Below are positions 11,297-24,724 of a DNA stretch of 64,000 nucleotides, in pieces. The notes below the pieces were generated by a model, which did not search any database, was not told the DNA's origin, and worked only from the letters and a program-made list of their open reading frames with translations. The position numbers and the translations under genes are program-made. Origin of the DNA: Mustelus asterias. Lineage: Eukaryota. The DNA is taken from the NCBI RefSeq assembly GCF_964213995.1, contig NW_027590139.1:62001-126000 (forward strand), read 5' to 3'. Numbering within the stretch: the first letter of the stretch is position 1; each line of letters begins with the position of its first letter.

Positions 11297-12122
11297 ACAT
11301 GCAGTCAAATCATTTCCATAACCTAAAATGCATGGAGACAAATACGGGTTTTCCATCTGGTGTCTTCAGCATGTTCTGATTTCAAAGTTTACAATGAATC
11401 CACCGACAGAATCCCCAAATTTCCTATCCATTCCTCTGAATCATTAATTACATTATTCACATCTTCCAATTCTTAGCTTCACCTCTCCCAAATATTCCAA
11501 ACTCCTCTTACATCATTCTCCTTATTTTTCTTTGTTCTTAATAATTTAGCCGGGGTGGAGGGAACCCAACATTTGCACTGTCAAACTGTTTCCCAGCTTC
11601 AGACTTTTCAATAAGATCACCTCTGATTATTCTTAACTCCAGAGCGAACAGACTAATCCCACTGATTCTCTCCTCGCAAGAGAAACGCAGAAATCAATCC
11701 AGTGAACCTCGGTTACACACAGACAGCGAAATAATGGACAGAGCAAGGAGCAAAAGATGTCAACGTAATAAAAACATCGTCAGTGAGTCTGAGGGAAAGA
11801 TATAGAGACAATGAAAAACAGAAATAGCGAGTGGGGTAGACATCCACAACCCACGAATGAATAACAATAATCACACAGCCAGCTGTCTCTACCAACAAAC
11901 ATGGGGTCCTCTAAACTGGTGAACAGAGATAAAGTGAATGGCCACAAGCATATTCACCTTTTAATGTCTTGATTTTCTTGTGTGAGTGTTGTGTTGATAG
12001 ATTGCCTGCACTGTGTGCTCAGGTTCTCAAACCAAATCCCACGTAAACTAATCCCAACGTTTGCACTGAAAATACATTTATAAAACCTATGACTTGTCCA
12101 ATACGAAACAACAGCTGATTGA

Positions 12123-12214
12123 GGGATCGAGTCCGGCATGTGAACCCGAGAACGCTCACACGTTTGTAGATGCTTACTCCCCAGGCCCGAGTCATGCCCC
12201 TCGTCCAACGAGCC
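12123..12214 (-). pseudogene. tRNA-Pro pseudogene with an ~18-nt insert after the anticodon
   Basis: GGCTCGTTGGACGAGGGGCATGA...GGGG[AGTAAGCATCTACAAACG]TGTGAG...GGGTTCACATGCCGGAC. Confidence 0.7.
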
Positions 12215-14192
12215 GCTGCTGAGGATGTTGTTCAATGAAAATATTTCCATTGACATCCAAAGCTGCTCAGACTTCTGCAGTGAAAGGTGAAAATGCTGGA
12301 AAAACTCAGAAAGCCAGACAGCTTGTGTGCACAGGAAAACAAATCTGATATTTTAGCTCCATAACCTTTCATTGGGAACAACTGGGAATTTTTAGAAATG
12401 TAGGAAGTTTTAAACAAGTGTTATCCAGCCGCATAACAGGAGGGTTTGAGGCCTCTTGCCGGGTGTAAATCAGGAGAGATTAAATGAGGGAAACAAAGAA
12501 ATTTAAAGTAATTAAACCACAGAGTGGGGCCATTCCTCAGCCCCTTACAGGACTCAGTTGTGGTGTGGATGAAGGGGAAACCTGTGGATGTAATGTATGT
12601 AGATTACATTGGAGCCACATTGATGAGTTGGTGGGTTTGAAAAATTGAAATTTACACTTAGGAACATAGAATTAGGAGCAGAAGTGGGCAAATTCAGCGC
12701 TTCGAGCCTGAACCATCATGCAATCAGTTCATGACTGATCTCTCCCTGTTCTCAAATCCACCTCCCTACCTGTTCCAATATCCCCTCATCCCTTTAATTA
12801 TCAGGAATATATCTGTCTCTTTCTTGAAATCATTTAATGATTCAGACTCAACCGTGCTATACTGCAATGCATTCCACAAATTCACGACCCTCAGTGAGAA
12901 GCTCCTCATCTCAGTTTTAAATCTACCACCTCTCAACATATACATTTGACATGGTGTTCCCGATTCCGCATAAGAAAAAGATTTCACTTTCTTCAATCCT
13001 ATTTAGAATTTTATATACCACGATCACTTCAGCATCTTGTGGGACTATTTGACCTCACTGTCGATTTCATGTCCCAGCAAGCACAATTGGTGTTGTCATT
13101 AGATGAAGCAGTCACTTATGTTCCACCCAAACTGGGCACATTAAGGGATATATGGTAAGTCATTTTGAAAAACACAGTTCACCCGTGGCCCTGGGAGTCC
13201 AGTGGGTTGTATTCAGTACTCCCCAGTGTTGTTTGTTTTCAATTCCCGCTGAGAGAACGATTATTTATAGCTGTCAGCAAACTATTGAAAAATAACGTGA
13301 TTTACTATCTGATCGAAAGTAGATCTACTAATATCAGCCGAGTGAGTTTTGCAAGTCTACATCACAGCTGGAAACGTCACATGTGCAACAGGTCAAGAAC
13401 AAACACAGTAGCAGAAAGATAGTGATAGGCTGCAAAGCGCTGACAATTGAGTTGGTGATGTTAGGTAACATCTGGATGGTAAAAAGGTCAGATTTTGGCA
13501 TTCACACTGAATTATTCAACTTTTCCCTCACTCTGCAACGAAAATATTTGGAAAAGGTTCTCTCTCGTTTCAAACAGTCGGAAGTGGAATTAATAACTGT
13601 AAGTGGAATGTCTGTTGTATGTTGTCACTGATTGAATGTATCACTGGGATGGAAACAGAAGGTTCCATATTGCAACAGAGACTTGCTTGTGGTGAATGTA
13701 GTCTGGCCTGGCGCGAAAAATAAAGCAACACATGCAGTGTGTGTAAAGCAAGTTGTAAAACAGGCTACAAGCAGCTGGTCTGGTGGTCAGAGTTTGACAC
13801 TTTCACTGCTGTTTCGATTGGTGGTCAGGTAATGGAGATTTGTTGCTCTTATCCAAACCGTAAAAACAGATGTCAGTTATTGCCTTGTGGAACATATAAA
13901 ACACAATCTCGCTTCGTGTCCTGAAGTGAAGACTGAGCAAATTCAACAGGAGGTTTTTTCTTGTCATTTCTGGCAGGATAGTGGGAACCAGACAAGGTTA
14001 AGGGCAGTTTAAATGATGTGGTCCTTCACTGCAGCTCATTCTGTTTCTGACTGGATGTGATTCCTGCTTGTTACAGAGTTCAGGATCAATTGATTCAGTA
14101 AAGGAGCAGGCTCAAGCCGACTGATGGACTGTCGCAGCTCCATTGCTGCTAATTTCAATAACGATACCAGTAAAGGACACAGCTGCTTACGT

Positions 14193-14274
14193 GGTAACGT
14201 AGCCGAGTAATCTAAGCCAGTGGCTGAAGGTCCAGTCTCTACGGAGTTGTTGTGTTCGACTGCAGCCACTGCCA
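14193..14274 (+). pseudogene. tRNA-Leu(AAG) pseudogene
   Basis: 82 nt that align to the Leu gene at 28272 with many substitutions. Confidence 0.75.
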
Positions 14275-15228
14275 GAATGGGTTTGAGTTTTGGTCCCTGC
14301 AGTTGAAGTCCAGCATTTCAGATTGAATGCAAGAGTTTGTGCCGTGTCGTTTTTGGCATGAAGAAAGAGGAGCGACAGAGCAATGTGAACAGGTGTTGAG
14401 GTAAAGGAACGATTGTGGAAGGACTGGAGCAAATTATCGTGGATTCTGGAATCGGAAACAAAAAGAGAAAATGCTGGAAAATCTCACCAGGTCTGGCAGC
14501 ATCTGTAAGGAGTGAAGAAAGCTGACATTTCGAGACCAGATGACCCTTTGTCAAAGCTGGGAGGAGTGGAGCTGCTCCGATGGAGAATATAAACGGGAAC
14601 ACCGGTTGAATGGCTGTCTGTCGAAATAAACAGCAGGATTGCAAACATTGAGACTGCAGTCCCGGCCCAGGGGATGGATTGGGATTTTCTAACTGAGGTT
14701 CAAATCCTATCATGTGCGCTTCCCGTCATTCCTCATTGTGACTTTTTTTTAATTGAAAGTTATTGGAAATGAAGCAATGGGTGCAGAGATGATCAACTCA
14801 CTCCATATTTGTCACATCAGCGTCACTGAGTGTCTAGTGATCAGCGTCGGCGCCGTGACGCGGTTTCGATTCCCAGTCTCGGAGTGAATAAATTTTTGTT
14901 CATTTCTTCATTCAATAAAAACAGCGTCCGTGAAGGGAACAACAAGCTAAATCTTCCAGCTGGATGAACTTGTATCAGAGCTGGAAAAATCAGAGATGTT
15001 ACATTAACGATAAACTCTGAAGAAGAACCACATGTCACACACAACATACATGTCAAGTACATACACAATACACATGTCAAATCATGTCACTTTCAACTTC
15101 TGTCTTTTAACTTCCGGCTCTCCACCTCAGACATTTCCACATTCATCAAAAATCTCCGTCCTCGAACCCCATCCTGGTCCTCAATCCACGGATAATGCTG
15201 CACTTAGTGACAGCTCCTTGTAGCATTT

Positions 15229-15301
15229 GGCTCCATAGCTCAGTGGGTAGAGCACTGGTCTTGTAAACCAGGGGTCGCGAGTTCAATTCTCGCTGGAGCC
15301 T
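15229..15301 (+). tRNA. tRNA-Thr(TGT)
   Basis: GGCTCCATAGCTCAGTGGGTAGAGCACTGGTCTTGTAAACCAGGGGTCGCGAGTTCAATTCTCGCTGGAGCCT, all stems pair. Confidence 0.93.
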
Positions 15302-15459
15302 ACGGGCAAAGTTTAGCTGATAGAAGCTGTCGGAAAAGGGAAGGGAGTCTAAAAGTGAAGAGATAAGTCGAGGTTCAGATCGGGTGTGATTTTGGAAAGC
15401 GAAAAGATATGTCCTTCTTCGTAAAAAAAATCGAAAGAGCAGGACATATTTGAAGAGCT

Positions 15460-16130
15460 AAAAAAGGTTAGTGTCGATATTGAGAATAGAATAGATGCGT
15501 TTGGACAAGGACTGCATAAAGCTGGCATGTAGGTGCAGGCAATGATTGGAAGGAAACTTGCAATTTAGTCTTTATTGACGGCAGACTGGAGTCCAAGTAT
15601 AACGAGGTGTTGCTGCAGTTGCACAGAGTTTTGTTGAGACCACGTGTTGAATATTCTGTGCCGATATGATATTCACATTTAATAAAGGGTTTATTTGCAT
15701 TGGAAACGGTGCAGATAAGGTTCAGCAGATGATCCCTGGGATGAGGGAGTTGTCGTATGATGAGAGGCTGAGTAAATTGGGCTGAAAGTCTCTGGAGTTT
15801 GGAGGAATGAGAGGCGATTTCATTAAACCTACACAAGTCTGATTGGGTTTGACAGGGTGGAGGCTGAGAGATTTCTTCTGCTTGTCGGGAAATCTAACCC
15901 ACGGCAGTACAGTCTCAGGAAAATGGGCTGATCATTTCGGCCTATGATAAGGCGAAATTACTTCACTGAAATGGTTGTGAATCTTTGAAATTCCCTATGC
16001 CAGACAGTTATGGAAGCTCCATCATCGAATATATTTAAGGTTGGGATAGACAGGTTTCTGGCCTCTCGGGGAATTCAGGGATATGGGGAGCTGGTGAAAA
16101 ACTGAGTTGTACTCCAAGATCAGCCATAAG
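15460..16130 (+). mobile_element. Degenerate CR1 3' fragment (paralog at about 24890-25560)
   Basis: Similar to the CR1 ORF2 C-terminus and 3'UTR. Confidence 0.75.
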
Positions 16131-16550
16131 AAGCTATTTTATTCAAATAACCAAGAACTTTAAGGAAACAAGTAAAACATGTTAATTAAGGTACTGCCCT
16201 TCATTGACTGGAAAGTGCTTTGTGACGTCCGCTGGTCGGGATAGGTTCTATATAAATGCAAATATTTCATGATCTTCAATCCTCGTCCTCTGTTACTGAG
16301 CCCAGTCAGTGGGAACAGTCTGTCCCTCCCTGCTCTATCAAACGGTCGTTTTCCATGTTAGAAGGGATGAACCATTACACCACAACAACACTGTGGGGTA
16401 AAATAATAAAATATACATGTTTAGATTTGTAAACGATGCCACCATTTGGTCTTTCTGTGTCAGGTTTGGTGAAAATTGAATTGGCGTCTAACTTGCAGCC
16501 AACACGCTGTCACCCTGATTTAGGATGCCATGTAAGCGTCATTTTCGTCA

Positions 16551-16624
16551 GTCTCTGTGGCGCAATTGGTTAGCGCGTTCGGCTGTTAACTGAAAGGTTG
16601 ATGGTTCGAGACCATCCAGGGACG
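16551..16624 (+). tRNA. tRNA-Asn(GTT), slightly variant
   Basis: GTCTCTGTGGCGCAATTGGTTAGCGCGTTCGGCTGTTAACTGAAAGGTTGATGGTTCGAGACCATCCAGGGACG followed by an oligo-T run. Confidence 0.85.
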
Positions 16625-17261
16625 GGGCTTTCACTTTTTTTTCCTCTCCATCTGCTTTCATTGTCTCTCGGTTTTTGAGTGTCACTGAGTCCTTGGGCAA
16701 CACTAAAAAAAAACTTATCGTGTGTTTCTGCCTCTACTGTTAGCCGACGTTAGTTTATTGAACATTTATCTCCAACATATTATTTGTAACAATTTATATA
16801 TTTCAAATATTATTAAACTCAATAACTGAACTCGAAACTTTAACCCATGTTTGATCTTGGGTTTCCATTTTCCTGCACACTCCCCTTCTTTCTCAGATTT
16901 CTCAGGAATCTGTCTGTCGCAACCTGAAATGTGTTCAATAAGGAAAATACACAGCAAGTCGGCAAAGATCAGTGTAATGAGGACTGAGTTAAACTTTCAC
17001 CAGAATGCTGTTTTTATAATTGCAAAGTCCTGAGATTGAGAGCAGATAGTTCACATGGGAAAGGGCTGTTTGATAGAGCAGATAGGGACACACTGTTTCC
17101 ACTGACGAGGGTCAGTAACCAAAGGATTGGGATTAAAGATAATTAATGAAAGACCGACTTGTATTTATGTCGCGCCTTTCCCGGTTGCTGGACGTCACAA
17201 AGCGCTGTGCAGCCAATGGAAGACAGTTCCAATTGAAAAAATAGTATCAGCTCGACAAGGA

Positions 17262-17333
17262 AGGAGGCATTCGGATTTGAACCGAGGACCTCTTGATCTG
17301 CAGTCAAATGCGCTACCGCTGAGCTACACCCCC
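17262..17333 (-). tRNA. tRNA-Cys(GCA), variant
   Basis: GGGGGTGTAGCTCAGCGGTAGCGCATTTGACTGCAGATCAAGAGGTCCTCGGTTCAAATCCGAATGCCTCCT, 72 nt, with a few mismatches. Confidence 0.8.
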
Positions 17334-17789
17334 TCAATCGCAAGCTGGTTCACGGGATCCAGCATATTCTTATTAAGTGTGGAGGGGGATCGAGTGGTCA
17401 GACTGCATCCCGCTTTGTCTCAGAGTTACTGGTTTCTGAGTGAAGTCGGAAAGCTTAGTGTTTAAGTTAGCGAGATGTTTTCTTGTGATTTGGCTGAGAT
17501 TTGGATCCAGGTCGAGGAGATATTTGTGTCAACCTAATCGATAAAATCTACCCCATTGTCATACAGATTTGTATCCCCATCTCTATTGGCAGCGCTTTGC
17601 AGCCTATCACGGCCTTTCACTATCTGTGTTTATTCTTAAACTGTTGCCCGTGTGACATTTCCAATTCAGACACAGAATTATAGATCTAACTGCACTGCTT
17701 CTGACAGAGCTGTTTTCGATCAGGAAGCAATTCAGGTTTGTTGAACGGATTATGAAAAACTTTAAATCTTAGCATATCGAAGCCGATCT

Positions 17790-17830
17790 ATGACTCTGAA
17801 AGCGCCGAATCCTAACCACTGGAACACCAG
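17790..17830 (-). pseudogene. tRNA-Glu 5' remnant
   Basis: Reverse complement CTGGTGTTCCAGTGGTTAGGATTCGGCGCTTTCA. Confidence 0.55.
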
Positions 17831-18467
17831 AATTTCATCTTCCTGATTCTCCCAGAAACTGAGTACAGGATTATGCACAGTGCCAATTACTCACGGTTGC
17901 ACTCACCTTCCAATCTTGTGCACGTTGTTCAGCTTTGAAATTGTTCATATTTTCACATTAGCTTCCAGTGTGATGAAAGCGGAGCTGTGATAAGCTGAAT
18001 CTTTTCAACAGATTTACTGCAATAAGGTTTATAACAAACATTACTCTTTGAATGTGGTGAGCTGCAGTGAAATTTAATGCAGCAGAAGGTAGCTCACTCA
18101 TTTTGACAGGAGGTGCCAGCAATTGCAATGTAAATATGATGTCGAGATACGGGCGTTGGACTGGGATGGGCAGAATAAGAAGACTCAGAGCATCATGTTA
18201 AAGTCTAACTGGTTCAATTGCTCCAATAATAAAATAAATTTGCTTTATTTTATCAGCGCCCCGAAAGCTCTTGATTCCAAATTGATCGCGTGTTGTGAGA
18301 CTTCGTAATGTAAATATTAATTGTTGTGGGTAATTGACAGGATTGTGGATTGTGGCAAATTTGTCCTCCCTGCTGTTCAACCTGCCACAAGTATCGCTCC
18401 CGTTTTGAATCAGGAAGCAATACCCACTCTCCTTAATTCATGTGTTGCACGAGAGAATGAATCATCA

Positions 18468-18539
18468 TTCCCTAACCGGGAATCGAACCCAGACCATGGC
18501 ATTGAAGGCGGCGAATTCTAACGACTAGACCAACAAGGA
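18468..18539 (-). pseudogene. tRNA-Glu(TTC) pseudogene
   Basis: TCCTTGTTGGTCTAGTCGTTAGAATTCGCCGCCTTCAATGCCATGGTCTGGGTTCGATTCCCGGTTAGGGAA; the anticodon stem is disrupted. Confidence 0.75.
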
Positions 18540-18569
18540 AATTGAAGTGTCCTGAGCATTATTGAGCAA

Positions 18570-18651
18570 GTGTGCGTGTGCGTGCGGCTGGGTGCGTGCG
18601 TGCGTGGGTGCGTGCGGGTGGGCGGGCAGGCGGGTGTGTGCGTGCGTGTGT
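18570..18651. repeat. (GTGC)n/(GT)n microsatellite
   Basis: Direct reading. Confidence 0.9.
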
Positions 18652-19199
18652 GGTTTAGGAGAAAGGTCTCGTGCTCTACGGTAATCCTTGATGAATGAAG
18701 CAAGTGTGCTTGCTGCTATCCCTCTTTGCATCAGCTCTTGTCTATCGAGTCTGTGTAACTACATCTTTATCGCTGAGCTTTTTGTGTTCTTGAGCAATCG
18801 TCCTCTGGAGCTGATGCAATGAGGCCAGGAGAGGAACTCACTGCACCGTCTGCAATGTGATTGCAGTGCGATTTGATGAAAGCTGTTAATTTTATAAAAA
18901 TCATCTTTTTGCGAATTGTAAATCAAATGCCCTTCAGTGCCCAGTAAGAATTCTCACCAGCTAAAAGTGCAACAGGTTTATTTGGAATCTCTAGCTTTCG
19001 GATCGCAGCTCCTTCATCACTCACACTGAGGATTCACCACATTTTTCTGCCTTTGAATGAACGCAATCGATATCTCATCAATTCCCAGGTATCCTGAGTC
19101 TCTGACGCCGATTTCTACAGTACACTGCTTTAAATCTTTGTTTTCAATGTGAAATTAAGCGGTTTGTTCCATGTGAAGGATTTACACTTATACCCTTCG

Positions 19200-19515
19200 G
19201 GGATGATGGTGACGTAGTGGTAAAATCAGTGGAGCATGAATCCCGTGGCTCAGGCTCACAGGTCCCGATCCCACCACAGTCTAGAACTGAAACGGAAGTG
19301 AAAGTTAGTCTCAGTAATGCAGCTTGTTTTCTGATTGTCATGAAAACTCATCTGGACCTTTTGCAGAAGGAAATCTGCCATTCTTCCCCATTTCTGGTAT
19401 CCATTGGACTCCAAACCCAAGGCAATGTGATTGACTCTTAACTGCCCTCTGAAATGGCCCAGCAAAATACGCAGTTCAGTGGGAAATAGGGGTGGACAAC
19501 AAATGCTGGCATTGA
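19200..19515 (+). mobile_element. Elasmobranch tRNA-derived SINE (another fragment at about 47770-47965)
   Basis: tRNA-like head, and a core GGAAATCTGCC...GACTCC...AATGTG.TTGACTCTTAACTGCCCTCTGAAATGG shared with the 47.8-kb copy. Confidence 0.6.
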
Positions 19516-20188
19516 TAATGAAATATATATTGCATTCGCAGCATTTTATGAAATGATTAATTCTCATTTTGTTTCATTTCATGTGAAATAGGGTGACATA
19601 TTCTGCTGTCTCATTATTTAAAACCTCAGCCCTTTAACTGTTCAAACAGGTAAGGTTCAGTCAGAGAAAAGTGATCCACTGTGATCCCAAGCAAGGTATT
19701 GTAGTTGCTGCAAATCCCACCTCAAAACAGGAAATGTTAGAAGCACACAACTTCTGTGGGGAGGGAAAGAGAGTGAATGATTCAGGTTGCTGATCTTTGA
19801 CCCTCACTGGAAGAAATTGGTGATTTAATGGTTTACAAACACGTACAGAATCAAGGAAAATAGAGAGGGAGAGGAGGAAAGAACAGACGGTCTTTTGATC
19901 GGATGGAAGGCTGGAGTGATTGAATTACAATGGAGATGATTATTGTTCCCACTGACACAATCGCGCCGATCTGGGTTTGAATCTCACAATAAATGAGAAC
20001 AAAACCTCTCGCTGAGTTCAGCGCTGAAGTCCCGCCTTCCAGTGAACTGCAGGCAGTTTTCAGTCACAAACCCACAACTCTGAGATAAACAACGCAGAAA
20101 GGAGAAAGACTCAGTTTGAGCGGTGATGCTTCTCGAGGAACAGAGATCGGGAATTCACCCAAGAATGGGGCAAAGTTTAAAACGATGA

Positions 20189-20261
20189 CGCCCAACGTGG
20201 GGCTCGAACCCACGGAGCTGTGATTAAGAGTCTTATGCTCTACCGACTGAGCTCGCCAGGC
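20189..20261 (-). pseudogene. tRNA-Lys(CTT), probable pseudogene
   Basis: Paralog of 11224. The anticodon stem TAAGA/TCACA has two mismatches. Confidence 0.75.
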
Positions 20262-21099
20262 ACATGGATCAGGTTGGTTTCCATAACCTAAAATGCATGG
20301 AGACAAATATTGTTTTTCCAACTGGTGTCTATGCTTGCTCTGATTTCAAAGTTTACAATGAATCGACCTGCAGAATCCCCAAGGTTCCTATCCCTTCCTC
20401 TCAATCATCAATTACATCATTCACATCTTCCAATGCTCAGCTTCACCTCTCCCAAACATTCCAAACTCCTCTTACAAAATTCACATTTTTTTGTTCATAA
20501 TAAACTAGCCAGGGGTGGGGGGAACAGCCTCTCAGCATGTACACTGTCAAACTGTTTCCTACTTTCAGACTTTTCAATAAGATCACCTCTGATTATTCTA
20601 AACTCCAGAGCGAACAGACTCATCCCACTGAATCTCTCCTCCCAGGAGAAACGCAGAAATTAATTCAGTGAACCTCGGATGCACAGAGACAGCGAATGAA
20701 TGAAGACAGCAAGGATCAAAATCGGTCAACGTAATAAAAACACAGTCAGAGACACTGACAGATTCTGAAGGAGATATATAGAGACAATGAAAAACAGAAA
20801 TAGCGAGTGAGGTACACATCAACAACCCATGAATGAATAACAATATACACACAGCCAGCTGCCTGAACCAACAAACATGGGGTCCTCTAAACTGATGACC
20901 AGAGATCAAGTGAGTGGCCACAAGCATATTCACCTTTTAATGTCTTGATTTCCTTGTGTGGGTGTTGTGTTGATAGATTGCCTGCACTGTGTGCTCAGGT
21001 TCTCAAACCAAATCCCACGAAAACCAATCCCACCGTTTGCACTGCAAATGCATTTACAAAACCTTTGACTTGTCCAATACGAAACGACAGCTGATTGAG

Positions 21100-21189
21100 A
21101 ACTCTCGCTCGGCCTTTGAACCCGGGATATCTCGCATGTTGGTGATGTTAACACCCTCAGCCCGAATCATACCCCTCGTCCAACGAGCC
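21100..21189 (-). pseudogene. tRNA-Pro(AGG) pseudogene with a 17-nt intron-position insert
   Basis: GGCTCGTTGGACGAGGGGTATGATTCGGGCTGAGGG[TGTTAACATCACCAACA]TGCGAGATATCCCGGGTTCAAAGGCCGAGCGAG. Confidence 0.78.
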
Positions 21190-23136
21190 GCTGCTGGGGA
21201 AGTTGTTCAATGAAAATATTTCCATTGCCATTCAAAGCTGCACAGATTTCTGCAGTGAAAGGTGAAAATGCTCGAAAAACTCAGAAAGTCAGACAGCTTG
21301 AGTACATAGGAAAACAAATCTCATATTTTAGCTCCATAATCTATGATTACTACGGGGCATGGTAAGAAATTAGGAGGTTTTAAACAAGTGTTATCCAGCA
21401 GCATAACAAGAGGGGAGACCTCTGGCCGGGTGTAAATCAGGAGAGCTTAAATGAGGGAAAAAAAGAATTTTAAAGTAATTACACCACAGAATGGGGCCAT
21501 TCCCAAGTCATTTACAGGACGCAGTTGCGTTGTGGATGAAGGGGAACCTGTGGATGTAATGTACGTAGATTACATTGGAGCCACAGTGATGAGTTGGTGG
21601 GTTTTGAAAATTGAAAGTTGCACTTAGGAAATAGAATTAGGAGCAGAAGTGGGCAAATTCAGTGCTTCGAGCCTGAACCGTCATGCAATCAGTTCATGAC
21701 TGATCTCTCCCTGTTCTCAAGTCCACCTCCCTACCTGTTCCAATATCCCCTCGTCCCTGTTATTATTAGGAATATATCTGTCGCTTTCTTGAAATCATTT
21801 AATGATTCAGACTCCACCGCGCTATGGGGCAATGAATTCAACAAATTCACGACCCTCTGCGAGAAGCAGTTCCTCCTCATCTCAGTTTTAAATCTACCGC
21901 CTCTCAACCTACATATTTGACCTGTTGTTCTCCATTGCCCCATGAGAAGAAACATTTCGTCAACGTTCAATCTATCAATTATTTTAGAATTTTATATACC
22001 CCGATCACTTCAGCATGTTGTGGGACTATTTTACCTCACTGTCGAATTCATGTCCCAGCGAACTCAATCGGTGTTATCATTAGCTGAAGCAGTCCATGTT
22101 CCATCCAAACTGGACATATTAAGAGATGTTTCGTAAGTCAATTTGAAAAACACATTTCACCCGTGACCCTGGATGTCCAGTGGGTTGTGTTCAGTACCAC
22201 CCCAGTGTTGTTTGGTTTCAATTCCCGCTCAGGAAACGATTATATTTTGCTCTCGGCAAACTATTAAAAATAAAAGCAGATCTCCTAAAATCAACCGAGT
22301 GAGCTTTGCATGTCTACATCACAGCTGGAAAGGTCACATTTGCAACAGGTCAAGAACAAATATAGTAGCAGAAAGATAGTGATGCGCTGCAAAGCGCTGA
22401 CGATAGAGATGGTGATGTAAGCTAACATCTGGATAGTAAATCGGTCAGATTTTAGCGTTCACACTGAATTATTAAACCTTTCCCTCACTCTGCAACGACA
22501 ATATTTGAAAAGGTTTCTGTCCAGTTTTGAACCGTCGGAAGCGAAAGTAATAACTGTGCGTGGAATGCCTGTTGCCTGTTGTAATGGACTGAATATATCA
22601 ATGTGGTGCAAACAGAAGGTGCCATTTTGCGGCAGAGTCTTGCTTGTGGTGAATGTGATCTGGCGCGAAAATTAAAATAACAAAAGCAGCGTGGATAAGA
22701 AAAAACTGTAAAATAGGTTGGTCTGATGTTTAGAGTTTGACACTTTCACTGCTTTTCAGATTACAGGTCAGGAAATGAAGATTTGTTGCTCTCATCCAAA
22801 CCATAAAAACAAATGTCAGGTATTGCCTGGTGGAACATATAAAACACAATCTTTCCTCGTGTCCTGAGGTGAAGACTGAGCAAATTCAACAGGAGGTTTT
22901 CATGTCATATCTGGCAGGATATTGGGAATCAGACAAGGTTAAGGCAGTTTAAATGGTGCCGGTCCTTCACTGCAGCTGATTCTGTTTCTGACTGGATGTG
23001 ATTTCTGTTTGTTCCACAGTTCAGGATGAATTGATTCAGTGAAGGAGCAGGCTCAAACCGACTGATGGCCTTTCTCAGCTCCTTTGCTGCTACTGAATTT
23101 CAGTAACGCTTTCAGTAAAGAGCAGGATCGTTACGG

Positions 23137-23216
23137 GGTAGCGTGGCGGAGCAGTTTAAACCCGTAGTTAGGTCCAGTTTCTGTATAAGCTGTGGGTTCA
23201 AATCCCGCCATTGCTC
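23137..23216 (+). pseudogene. tRNA-Leu pseudogene
   Basis: GGTAGCGTGGCGGAGCAG...GTGGGTTCAAATCCCGCC, at the position paralogous to 14193 and 28272. Confidence 0.7.
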
Positions 23217-23935
23217 GAGTGGGCTTGAGTTTTGGTCCCTGCAGCTGAAATCCAGCAGTTCAGATTGAATGCAGGAGTTTGTGCCGTGTCGTTTTTGGCA
23301 GGAAGAAAGCGGAGACACTGACCAATGTAAACAGTTGTTGAGGTAAAGAAGCGCATGTGGAAGGAGTGGAGCAAATTATTGTCGATGCTGGAATCGGAAA
23401 CAAAACGGGAAAATGCTGGAAAATGTCAGCAAGTCTGGCAGCATCAGTTATGAGAGAAGAAAGCTGACGTTTCTAGTCCAGATCACCCTTTGTCAAAACT
23501 GGAAGGAATTGAGTTGCTCCGACAGAGAATACAAACGGGAACACAGGCTGAATGGCTATCTGCTGATATAACCACAGGGTTGCAAACATTGAGACTGCAG
23601 TCCCGGCCCAGGGGTAGATTGGGATTTTCTAACTGAGGCTCAAATCCTGTCATGGACGCCTCCCGTCATTCCGTATTTTTAATGAAAGTTATTGGAAATG
23701 AAGCATTGGGTACAGAGATGATCAACTCATTGCAAATCTCTCACATCAGCGTCTCTGAGGGTCTAGTGACCAGAATCGGCGCCGTGACGTCGTTTCAATT
23801 CCCAGTCACAGAGTGAATAACTTTTTGTCCAATCTTCATTTAATGAAAACCCGCCTCATAGCGTTTGTGAAGGGAGCAATATCTAAATCTTCCAGCTGGA
23901 TGAACTTGCATCGGAGTTGGAAAAGTCAGAGATGC

Positions 23936-24410
23936 AAGTCCAGGATGCTACCGGGACTTGATGGATTAAGTTATAAGGAGAGGCTGGATAGACTGCGACT
24001 TTTTTCTCTGGAGCATAGGAGGCTGAGGGGTGATCTTATAGAGGTCTATAAAATAATGAGGGGCACAGATCAACTAGATAGTCAATATATTTTCCCAAAG
24101 GTAGGGGAGTCTAAAACTAGAGGGCATAGGTTTAAGGTGAAAGGGGAGAGATACAAAAGCCTCCAGTGGGCCAATTTTTTCATACAGAGGGTGGTGAGTG
24201 TCTGGAACAAGCTGCCAGATGCAGTAGGAGAGGCGGGTACAATTTTGTATTTTAAAAGGCATTTAGATGGTCACATGCGTACGATTGGTATCGAGGGATA
24301 TGGGCCAAATGCGGGCAATTGGGATTAGGTTAGGGGTTTAAAAAAAAGGCGGCAAGGACAAGTTGGGCCGAAGGGTCTATTTACATGCTGTAAACCTCTA
24401 TGACTCTATG
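23936..24410 (+). mobile_element. 5'-truncated CR1 inserted only in copy B
   Basis: MLPGLDGLSYKERL...RGDLIEVYK and a (CTCTATGA)n tail. The empty site in copy A is at about 14997. Confidence 0.85.
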
Positions 24411-24649
24411 AATCCATGTAACACTAACGATAAACTCTGAAGAAGAATCACATAACAAGCACAACATACATGTCAGATACACACAGAGCACACATGTCAA
24501 ATCATGTCATTTTCAAGTTGCCTCTTTTAATTTCCTGCTCTCCACCAAATCAAAATCTCCACCAGATTAAAAATCTCCGACCTCAATCCCTATGCTGCTC
24601 CTCAATCCACTGATAATACTACACGCAATGTATAAAACTTGCAGCGCTT

Positions 24650-24724
24650 GGCTCCGTAGCTGAGTGGATAGAGCCCTGGTCTTGGTCAACCAGGGATCGT
24701 GCCTTCAACTCTCGCTGTCGACCA
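24650..24724 (+). pseudogene. tRNA-Thr pseudogene
   Basis: Paralog of 15229 with disrupted anticodon loop, T-arm and acceptor stem. Confidence 0.75.

Larger units (their letters stand above)
10870..16130 (+). repeat. tRNA-cluster segmental duplication, copy A
   Basis: Collinear with 19838-25560: same Lys, Pro, Leu, Thr order and the same intergenic and CR1 fragments. Confidence 0.9.

Noticed and set aside
16340-16390. Possible tRNA-Val remnant on the minus strand
   Set aside because: Too degenerate to call.
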